NCBI GenBank assembly: GCA_947481115.1
Contig: CANKEI010000003.1
Span: 1-37,167 of the forward strand
Source of the DNA: a bacterium
Lineage (GTDB): Bacteria; Babelota; Babeliae; Babelales; JABDEC01
Direction of reading: 5' to 3'
DNA: 37,167 nucleotides
Shown here: positions 17,351 through 25,800 of the stretch, one piece after another
How the letters are laid out: each line of letters opens with the position of its first letter
Position numbering within the stretch: the stretch's first letter is position 1
Notes under the pieces: model-generated
Seen by the model: the letters and a program-made list of their open reading frames with translations, nothing else
What the model was told of the DNA's origin: nothing
Databases searched by the model: none
Position numbers and translations under genes: made by a program

Positions 17351-18611
17351 GTGCACCTCCCTGAGCCTTTAACATCCGCTGACGATCTTGTTGTTGTATT
17401 TTTTCGAGTGTGTTTGGTTTATTTTGTGAAACAACTGGCACTGGAACTTGGGCTTCGCGTTTAAGATCGTTAATCTTTAAATCTTTCGGATGATCAGGTA
17501 ATACAAATTCAGCTTCGGAAATTTCTTGCGCACTACGCGTGGTACTTGGCGCTGGAACTAAGCGATTACGTAAGCTAATTTCTGGCTCTTCGTCAGTGAT
17601 ATTATAAGTCAGCTTAATTGGTTGATTGTGTCGCAAAATCTCGATTGTAAAATTAGTTAAATTATTAGAGTTACTAGAATTATTAGTATCAGTTTTATCC
17701 CGTTTATTAGTATCAGTTTTATCCCTTTCGTCCCGAGTGTAATCGAGGGATGTGACGGGTACAGAATTATTGCTGTTAGTAGTTAGCTTTTGGTAAATTT
17801 CAAATCTGTCTTTAGTGCTCTTAGTCGGAATATCCGCAATTGCTAAAATTATATCACCAGTTTCAAAACCAAGCGTGTTGCCCAGTGTTTTATAGCCAGC
17901 TTGACCAATGCGACAGCCTAGATTTTCACCATCTTGGAAAGCGGTTGTCAGGTCTAATAATTCAATTAGATTACCCAAATTTCGCACATGCTCAGTAAAC
18001 TGGTCTAGATCGATGGCAATTTGATGATATCCAGTAGTCTGAATAAACTTGCTCCAGTTAATATCAGTTTTTTCCATGTCGCTTTTAGCTTCACGTTGAT
18101 ATAAATATAAAGTTTCTTGTTGGCCATTGTTGCGCAATAATTCGACTTTATGTTTAGTAATATTAATAATCTGGGCATCTTGGACACGATCGCCAATGCG
18201 ATAGTTGGTTTCTTCTTTAGTAGTTTGATCTACGATAATGGCAACATTTTCTTGATTATTACCAAAGGTCATGATGCCAGTTAAATTAATATTTAGCGGT
18301 TCTAAGAACGGCGCGGCAAATGGCGCTAGCCCTTCTGGTTGACTCAATTCTGGTGCCAAGGGAAAATTATCTGATTCAACTGAAAATTCTTCGGTTAGTT
18401 CAGCAGGTTGTGATTTGGTGCCAAAAAGATCGTTTAAGTAAATTAAACTGTAATCTTGGACGTCAGAATGGATCACCTGGGATTGCGGAAGTGCAACCAG
18501 CGTAATCGATTTTATATTAGGCATTTTGACTGGCATAAATAAAATGAAATATGTGGAAGCCAAAAGCTCTAACAGTAAGATACTGTTTACAATCCAAAAG
18601 GGCTGCCGCAT
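17343..18611 (-). CDS. gspC: GspC-like protein with HR and PDZ-like regions
   Basis: N-terminal TM segment, LNINLTGIM...NVAIIVD...YRIGDRV...VELLRNNGQQETL (HR domain), LGFETGDIILAI (PDZ-like). AAGGA precedes ATG 18611, and the gene precedes gspD. Confidence 0.8.
   Translation of the reverse strand: MRQPFWIVNSILLLELLASTYFILFMPVKMPNIKSITLVALPQSQVIHSDVQDYSLIYLNDLFGTKSQPAELTEEFSVESDNFPLAPELSQPEGLAPFAAPFLEPLNINLTGIMTFGNNQENVAIIVDQTTKEETNYRIGDRVQDAQIINITKHKVELLRNNGQQETLYLYQREAKSDMEKTDINWSKFIQTTGYHQIAIDLDQFTEHVRNLGNLIELLDLTTAFQDGENLGCRIGQAGYKTLGNTLGFETGDIILAIADIPTKSTKDRFEIYQKLTTNSNNSVPVTSLDYTRDERDKTDTNKRDKTDTNNSSNSNNLTNFTIEILRHNQPIKLTYNITDEEPEISLRNRLVPAPSTTRSAQEISEAEFVLPDHPKDLKINDLKREAQVPVPVVSQNKPNTLEKIQQQDRQRMLKAQGGAHA
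17680..17753 (-). repeat. In-frame palindromic core plus adjacent 24-bp tandem duplication inside gspC
   Basis: Minus strand TCCCTCGATTACACTCGGGACGAAAGG (17724-17750, peptide SLDYTRDER). TTATTAGTATCAGTTTTATCCC occurs at 17680-17701 and 17704-17725 (RDKTDTN twice). Confidence 0.8.
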
Positions 18612-18677
18612 GCACACATTCCTTTGTTTTAGCTGATTCTCGAACAATACTCTGACGGATCTGATTTTTTGTCAAGC

Positions 18678-19727
18678 TTATGGCGTGACAATTTGTTCCA
18701 ATAGATCTGCAATAATATTATCAGTTGAAATTTGATTGGCTTGTGCTTCATAACTACGCGCAATTCTGTGGCGCAAGCAAGCCGGAGCGACTGCTTTAAT
18801 ATCATCAGGAATCACAAACTGGCGTTGGTGCATCAGTGCATAAGCTTTAGCGCTGTGATAAATTGCTAAACTGGCGCGTGGCGAAGCACCAAGTGCGATA
18901 TAGCCGGCGATAGTCAATTTAAATTTAGCGGGATTGCGCGTGGCTTGTACAATTTTTACAATATATTCGATAATTTTTTCATCGACATAAACTTGGTCGA
19001 CTAGCTCTTGAAGTAAAGTTAATTGGGGCTTAGAAATAATCGCATGGGTCTGAATCACTTGCTGTGACCTAGTAATAATCTGTTTTTCAACTTCACTATT
19101 GGGATATGGGACCAATAATTTAAACATAAAGCGATCTAGTTGTGCTTCTGGTAATAAATAAGTTCCCGATTGTTCAATTGGATTTTGGGTAGCAAAAACT
19201 AAAAACGGTAAATCTAATTTAAAACTCTCATTTCCAATGGTCACCTGTTGTTCTTGCATACACTCTAGTAAAGCAGATTGTACTTTAGCGGGGGCGCGAT
19301 TAATTTCGTCTGCTAGCACAATATTAGTAAACACTGGACCAGGTTTAATCACAAATTCTAGAGTTTTGGGATTATAAATCGAAGTGCCAATTAAATCACT
19401 GGGTAATAAATCTGGGGTAAACTGAATGCGTTTAAAATTCAGGCCTAACGCTTGGGCAACAGTTTTAACTAAAGTAGTTTTGGCAACACCCGGCATGCCT
19501 TCTAGTAACACGTGTCCGCGGCAAGCGATCGCGATTAGCATTAAATCGATTAGTTCTTGATTGCCTGCGATTACTTGGGAAATTTCAGTGCGCAGTGTAG
19601 CTAAAATTTGGGCAGCTTGCACTAAATTTTGGTTGTTTTGCGAATTATGGGTTGGCGACTGATTTAGTAGGGGTTGTGTAGCTTGGTCTTGTTCTGGTTT
19701 TAAATTTGCTTCTGGGTTATGGTTCAT
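18678..19727 (-). CDS. moxR: MoxR-family AAA+ ATPase
   Basis: LLEGMPGVAKT, RIQFTPDLLPSD, DEINRAPAKVQSALLE, ATQNPIEQ, GASPRA. Start placed at ATG 19727 because the longer ORF runs through a repeat element. Confidence 0.93.
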   Translation of the reverse strand: MNHNPEANLKPEQDQATQPLLNQSPTHNSQNNQNLVQAAQILATLRTEISQVIAGNQELIDLMLIAIACRGHVLLEGMPGVAKTTLVKTVAQALGLNFKRIQFTPDLLPSDLIGTSIYNPKTLEFVIKPGPVFTNIVLADEINRAPAKVQSALLECMQEQQVTIGNESFKLDLPFLVFATQNPIEQSGTYLLPEAQLDRFMFKLLVPYPNSEVEKQIITRSQQVIQTHAIISKPQLTLLQELVDQVYVDEKIIEYIVKIVQATRNPAKFKLTIAGYIALGASPRASLAIYHSAKAYALMHQRQFVIPDDIKAVAPACLRHRIARSYEAQANQISTDNIIADLLEQIVTP

Positions 19728-19831
19728 AAAATTATTACTCGTAATTTTTGGGTTTACAAATTTAACTGTTTTTAAATTTAACCAAATTAATAGTTTTGTG
19801 CTAGAATGTCGCATGATGATTTTTAGGAGTC

Positions 19832-19894
19832 TTTTTCTCGCAACATCCCCCCCTCGACTGACGCTCAGGGTGAGCAGGGTTCGGGACGAGCGGG
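19832..19894 (+). repeat. Internal part of the MITE-like element in the divergent intergenic region
   Basis: TTTTTCTCGCAACATCCCCCCCTCGACTGACGCTCAGGGTGAGCAGGGTTCGGGACGAGCGGG. Confidence 0.88.
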
Positions 19895-19965
19895 CGGGAC
19901 TATATGGATTTATGCGCCTGGTGAAGCAGTGTGTGTTTAGGAGTGGTATGCAGCGCAACGGTTAT

Positions 19966-21528
19966 ATGAAAAATAATATTTTAAGCATTAAGTTTTTTAG
20001 AAATTTTTTTTGCTTTTTAAATCTAATTTTGGTTTCTAATTTAATTTTAGCCGACGATAATACTAATCAAGTTAAAATTTCTAGTCGGGCTTGTCTCTGG
20101 CCGCGGATGCCATTTTATCCAACTACACCAGAAACTTTACCGCTCAATCGGACATTATTAGAGCCATATCAACAGGATCAGTTTTACCAAGTTTATTTTA
20201 CGCCCTACTTCTCTCAAACGGGTCATCATGATGATCTGGGTAGCTACTTTTTGCCTAACGGTAAATCATCTATGATTTGTGGCGAATTTGGTTGTACGGC
20301 CGCTTATAATGGCACTTTAGATGTGTTAGCAAATTACTTTAATGTATTTACTAATGCTATTCCTATTACTGGTGATCCAATTAGTTTACAAGATTATAGG
20401 TTTGAAAGTTTGGTTAAATTTAAACCAAAGCAAACTATGGTCGGGACAGCATTAACTTATCATCAGCATTTATCGGAATATTTAGACGAAGGTTTTTGGT
20501 GGGAATTTATTATTCCCTTATTAAATGTCACGAATGATTTACAAGTCTCAGAAGATTTTATTAACACCGGCACTGGGCCAACACCCGATGGTTATTACAA
20601 CAATATGATCGAAGCATTTCAGCAGCCAGGTTGGTACTATGGTAAAATCGATGACTCTGCTCGTTCAGCTTTTGGAATTGCCGATATTCAAGTTAAACTG
20701 GGTTACACATATAACAAAACTGAAACACATGCGTTTTCAACTTATTGGGGCATAATTTTACCAACTGGTAATACACCAGATGCCGAGTGGATGTTTGAAC
20801 CAGTGGTTGGTAATAACGGTCATATGGGTTTATATTCGGCTGCTTCACTTTTTTTTAGAGTCTGGCATTCCGAAGAGATGGGTTTATATTGGACGCTCGA
20901 TACGGCCGGAATTTTCTTTGGGGAAAATAAACAAATGCGGTCCTTTGATCTTAAGGGCAAACCATGGTCACGTTACATGTCAGTTTATGCTGATTATGGT
21001 GCAACTAGTGTGACGCCTGGTATTAATATTTTTACGCAATCGATGAATGTCACACCTGGGGCACAGCGCGATCTTAATCTGGGTTTCTTATTTAAGAATG
21101 GCGGCTTTAGAGGTGAATTTGGTTATCACGTATTTTGCCGCGCACAAGAAATAGTTAAGCTTGCTGGCCGTTGGGATAGTAATGCTGGTATCGCGGCGAT
21201 CTACGATAGCAATATCGGCAATATGATCGCTGGCGGGGCTACTCGTGATCAAGCGACAATTAATACTTATGGCAATATTACTAATGATCAAATTAACGCT
21301 AGTAGTACTACCGCGAAATTTTTAGCAATCTCCGAAGATCAAATTGATTTAAACTCTGCGGCGATGGCGGGCACTTTTTTAAATACTTTTTATGTGACAC
21401 TAAATTATTATTGGGCTGATCGACCACATCCAGTTTATTTAGCTGGTGGTGGTTCGTTTGACATGAAGACTGATAATACGGCGCCAGCAAAATGGGCAGC
21501 TTGGTTTAATTTAGGCTTAGAATTTTAA
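19966..21528 (+). CDS. Exported protein, probable outer-membrane beta-barrel
   Basis: Signal-like MKNNILSIKFFRNFFCFLNLILVSNLILA, GIADIQVKLGY, ILPTGN, C-terminal WFNLGLEF. Confidence 0.7.
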   Translation: MKNNILSIKFFRNFFCFLNLILVSNLILADDNTNQVKISSRACLWPRMPFYPTTPETLPLNRTLLEPYQQDQFYQVYFTPYFSQTGHHDDLGSYFLPNGKSSMICGEFGCTAAYNGTLDVLANYFNVFTNAIPITGDPISLQDYRFESLVKFKPKQTMVGTALTYHQHLSEYLDEGFWWEFIIPLLNVTNDLQVSEDFINTGTGPTPDGYYNNMIEAFQQPGWYYGKIDDSARSAFGIADIQVKLGYTYNKTETHAFSTYWGIILPTGNTPDAEWMFEPVVGNNGHMGLYSAASLFFRVWHSEEMGLYWTLDTAGIFFGENKQMRSFDLKGKPWSRYMSVYADYGATSVTPGINIFTQSMNVTPGAQRDLNLGFLFKNGGFRGEFGYHVFCRAQEIVKLAGRWDSNAGIAAIYDSNIGNMIAGGATRDQATINTYGNITNDQINASSTTAKFLAISEDQIDLNSAAMAGTFLNTFYVTLNYYWADRPHPVYLAGGGSFDMKTDNTAPAKWAAWFNLGLEF

Positions 21529-21534
21529 AACTTT

Positions 21535-21569
21535 ACCACTGGCCCCTAATGAGTTTAGGGGCCAGTGGT
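21535..21569. terminator. Perfect 15-bp stem-loop (terminator, attenuator or processing site)
   Basis: ACCACTGGCCCCTAA-TGAGT-TTAGGGGCCAGTGGT, 6 nt after the stop codon. Only a weak U tract follows. Confidence 0.55.
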
Positions 21570-21624
21570 TAGCACAAAACAATTAGTGTGCATTAAAGAT
21601 CAATTAATAAATGGTATCAAAATT

Positions 21625-22656
21625 ATGACACAAGCAATTTTAGTGACGGGCGGAGCCGGGTACATTGGTTCACACACTGCTTTATATTTAACTCAACAGG
21701 GTTATAAAGTAATTATTTTAGACGACTATTCTCAGCAACAAGATTTTGCGCCAACTTGGCCTGAAAAAATTATTCAAGCTGATTTTGCGGATGAGCAGGT
21801 GTTACACAAAATTTTTACTAGCTATAAAATTTTAGCGATCATGCATTTCGCTGGCTTTACTGAAGTTGGCCTATCTGTTACTAGCCCGTTAGATTTTTAT
21901 GAAAACAACGTCGCTAAGACTATTAAATTAATTAAAATAGCGCTGGCGCACGGAATCAATAAAATTATCTTCTCTTCTAGCTGCGCAGTTTACGGGGTGC
22001 CAGAATTTTTGCCATTAACTGAAGAGCACCCGTGCCATCCCATTAGTCCCTATGGGAAGACTAAATTGATGGTCGAAAGGATTTTGCAAGATTGTGCACT
22101 AGCTTATAATTTACAATTCGTGATCTTAAGATACTTTAATGCAGTTGGAGCGTTACCAGAATATAATTTATTTGAGCAGCATACGCCCGAGACCCATTTG
22201 ATCCCATTGTTGTTTCGTGCAGTTATTAATCAAGCGGATAATAGTTTGGCGAGTTATAAGCAGGCGAGTACTAATCAAGCTAGTTATGGTCAGGCTAGCT
22301 TTAAGATTTTTGGACATGATTATAATACGGTTGATGGCAGTTGCGTACGGGATTATTTACACGTGTGGGATCTAGCATCCGCGCACTACTTAGCCTTCGA
22401 GCACCTGCAAAATAATTTACCGAGTGACATTTTTAATTTGGGCACTGGATATGGGTATTCTGTGTTGCAGATTGTGCAAGCGGTCGAACGGGTTACTGGT
22501 GTTAGTTTAAAATTAGAATTAGTTGGTAGAAGAGCAGGGGATCCGGCGGTGTTGGTGGCTGATGCCAGTCGCGCCCGAGATATTTTAAAATGGGCCCCGC
22601 AAATTTTGGATTTGGATTTTATGTTAAGGTCGGTGTGGGTGAGGTATATGGCTTAG
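21625..22656 (+). CDS. galE: UDP-glucose 4-epimerase
   Basis: ILVTGGAGYIGSHT, FSSSCAVYG, YGKTK (YxxxK), LRYFN, DGSCVRDYLHVWDLA, FNLGTG, RRAGDP. Confidence 0.96.
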   Translation: MTQAILVTGGAGYIGSHTALYLTQQGYKVIILDDYSQQQDFAPTWPEKIIQADFADEQVLHKIFTSYKILAIMHFAGFTEVGLSVTSPLDFYENNVAKTIKLIKIALAHGINKIIFSSSCAVYGVPEFLPLTEEHPCHPISPYGKTKLMVERILQDCALAYNLQFVILRYFNAVGALPEYNLFEQHTPETHLIPLLFRAVINQADNSLASYKQASTNQASYGQASFKIFGHDYNTVDGSCVRDYLHVWDLASAHYLAFEHLQNNLPSDIFNLGTGYGYSVLQIVQAVERVTGVSLKLELVGRRAGDPAVLVADASRARDILKWAPQILDLDFMLRSVWVRYMA

Positions 22657-22657
22657 A

Positions 22658-22693
22658 GGGCGACAGAAAATTTCCATCGCCCACCAGTTTTTT
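22658..22693 (+). terminator. Possible intrinsic terminator after galE
   Basis: GGGCGA...TCGCCC stem with an inner GAAA/TTTC pair, followed by ACCAGTTTTTT. Confidence 0.45.
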
Positions 22694-22715
22694 AAATTGC
22701 ATTAAGTGTCAAAAT

Positions 22716-22874
22716 TAGAGCTCTTCCGTAACTATCTTGAAATAAAATTTTTTCCCGCTCCAGGCGTCGCCAGAGGCTATGCCGGACACGCTCGTCCCGA
22801 ACCCCACTCACCCCGAGCGTCAGTCGAGGGGGGGGATGTTGCGAGTAGAAACTGTGAATTACGGAAGAAGTCTA
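22716..22874 (-). mobile_element. MITE-like composite palindromic element, full-length inverted copy (159 bp)
   Basis: TAGAGCTCTTCCGTAA ... TTACGGAAGAAGTCTA. Reverse complement of 345-500 with few differences. Abuts the stop codon of the giant gene. Confidence 0.88.
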
Positions 22875-25800
22875 TTAAAATTTTATGTCTCTTAAAATGT
22901 CTTCGATAGCGGAGTCTACTTTTCCTTCGAAGGCTTTTGCAATTTGCGCCATTGCCTCTTCCGCAGTCACTTCTCTGCCAGAAGCTTCGACCATGGCACT
23001 ACTGAGCTTTGTTTTTAATTCATCCGTCATTTCATTAACCTTCTGACCATACGTTATACCTTTTATTCTACCAAGTCTAATTTCATCAACAAGGTTTTCT
23101 ACTGCGTTAGCTTTGGATCCAGCAGCGCGATCTGTTGCTGTAGGCCCACCTTCTACTTCTTTTGCACGTGTACCGGCCTCAACTTTTTGACCCGCTCTCG
23201 TTCCTTTATCTGTAGAAATAGCTTCTGCTGTTCCGCTTCTATTAGCAGACTCATTCCCTTCAGCCTTTTCCTTAGCCTCAGCAACTTTCTTTTTATCCGC
23301 CGCCTTCTCTTTAAAGTATTTATATGTTGCAAAGCCCGCTCCTAAGAGGATTTGTAGTATGAACAAGCCCATCGCATACTCCGTAATATCCTGTGACCAG
23401 CTGCCGGTTCCTGGAGGAGGTTGCGGGGGAGTGGCTGTTTGGAAGTAACCTTGAACAGTGGAGTAGATTTGATAATCAGCCAATAACGCGAAGTAAGCAT
23501 CCATTGCTGGGACACTATATGGCGTATCACATTGCCAGTTACTAGTTATGTTGCCTGCGGCGTCTTTGGTTTGTACAACGCTACCAGCACACCAATTACT
23601 GACTATCGGCGATGGTGTTGTTTGATTAATTGAACCACTGAGCACAGCTGTTTTGTATTCTGTATAGTCAATTGCAATTTGGGGAAAATGAATCCCGGAA
23701 TATTGTCCTGGTAAGTCTTTAAAAGTAGTTTGACTGGGGCTCTCTGTGTTAGCAAGTAATGTGTTATTAGCATAAGCAACAGATAACTCCTTAGCTAGGT
23801 CGACATCATACATTGACCATGGCCCTACGATTAGTGGTGAAGGCATAGGATTTGGGAAGTTGAAGCTGACTTGGGTACCTAAAATTGGTACGCCATTTCC
23901 GCCGGTTGCGCCACTTAAGTAAGATGCTGGTGATGCAGTCTCAGCTTTACCATTGATCATTTCAATCAAAATTAAGGGCAATTCGGTAATTGGGAAATTA
24001 TTTATTGCATATAGCAACAATGGCATACTGCTGTTTTGATTAGTCATAGCAGCACTAGAACTATCTTGAAGTGCTGTGATCATATTTTGGAAAGCTGAGA
24101 ATAGGGCGCCTTGAATAATGCCATTGTCATTAGTATTATACAGACTTGCTAAAAGTGTAGTTAGGTCTGTAGTAAGCGTAGCAGCCGCACTGGCACCAGT
24201 ATTAATATCGCTAACTACAGCATTATAAAATTTAGGCATGTCAGTAGGAGAAGGATTGCCATTTTGAACGGCCATTTCACTTAATAAAGCTAGCATGTCA
24301 GCATTTAAGGTAGTGGTACCGCTAGCGCCAAGATCTAAATTTATATCTGTAATTAACTGTAATAATTCTGTGTTAAGATCAGTCATAGTAGATGGGAAAG
24401 TAGCATCAAGCAAGGCTTTCGTATCATTAGTCAAAGTTGTGCCAATTGCCATATCTAAATCAGCTACAACCGCTAAGGCTTCAGTATTAATTGCAAGATG
24501 ATTAGTTACAGCAGTAGGTGTGAGTTGTTGTAAAAGTTTGCTTAAATCAGCAAAAAGTATGGCCGAAGTGGCACCACTAGCAATATCTTCAATAATAGTA
24601 TTATAGGCGGCGCTAAGTTCAGCAGATACTGTAGCGTTACCATAAATATCTGTTAATAGTTTAGTTAAAGCGGCTGCAGTGGTATTAGCGGGGTTAGCAG
24701 CAGCAGCTGCTACAGCAGTATAGGCAGTAGTAATATTTTGGATTGCTTGTGTGATATCAACACTTAAGAGAGCATTTAGGTCAGTATTTAATTGTGTGGA
24801 TGTTTGCTCACTTAAAACATCTAAGATTAATGTTTGTAGAGCTGTTGCCAGCTGCGCTGGTTGAGTAGCGCCAAAGATATCAGTCATCAATCTATTCATA
24901 TCACCAGTTTGTGCAGTTTGCCCTAAATCAGACACTAGCTGATTGAAATCTGTTTTAATCTGGTCCGCACTGGCTGCAAGCGCTAAATGCGCTAAATATG
25001 TAAATAGATTCAATAAGTCAGTATTTAAAGCTTTAGCAGTAGCTGTGTAAGCATTGATATCGGTCACCATTTTATTATAAGGGGTAGCGATGTCTTCAGA
25101 TGGATTAAAGTTTGTAAATAGATTTAACAGATCAGCATATAATGCTGCTGAACCTGGATTAGCACTTTGTGCATCAGTGATTAATTGTTGGATGGCCGAA
25201 ATCATAGTGCCAGTTTGGGTAACTGTAGTTAGTTTGTTGATGAAGGTGGTTGTAGCGGGGATAGTGATACCAGTTATTAGGGTAGTATAAGCCAGCTCAA
25301 TGTTGTCTAAGGCGCTATTATTTGGGATTGGATTAAATAAGTAAGTCAACATGACCGGTAAGTATTTGTTTAAATTAATCAGGTTGTTAGTTTGGACGGC
25401 ATAAATTACATTTTCGATTTTATTTTCTACCATAGCTAATTGTCTGTCCGAAGGTGTGCCTGGAATTTTATTATTAGCGGCATTAGGATTATTATAATAT
25501 AGCGCTAAGTTGGCAGTGGCGATTGCAGCACTTTCCAATGTTTGTTGATAAATAGTTGCAATTTTGATCTGATTAGTTGGATTAAAATTATTTAGAATAT
25601 TAACTAAATCAGTATTTAAAGTTGCGCTTACGGGCTTTGTTGCCAGAGCATCTTTAGCCAGCTGTATAATAGCATTGGTTAAATCTAGGGTTAACTGATG
25701 ATTAGTGGTTAATGATCCCATTAATGTGGCGGCTAAGGCTGCTATTTCGGTGGGAGTTTCTCCAGATGTATTAATGCCAGCGACAAGTTTTCCGTAAGCA

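Noticed and set aside
19728-19965. Long N-terminal extensions of moxR (from 19958) and the barrel gene (from 19798)
   Set aside because: They would overlap head to head across a repeat. ATGs at 19727 and 19966 give more sensible proteins, so this repeat copy is treated as intergenic.
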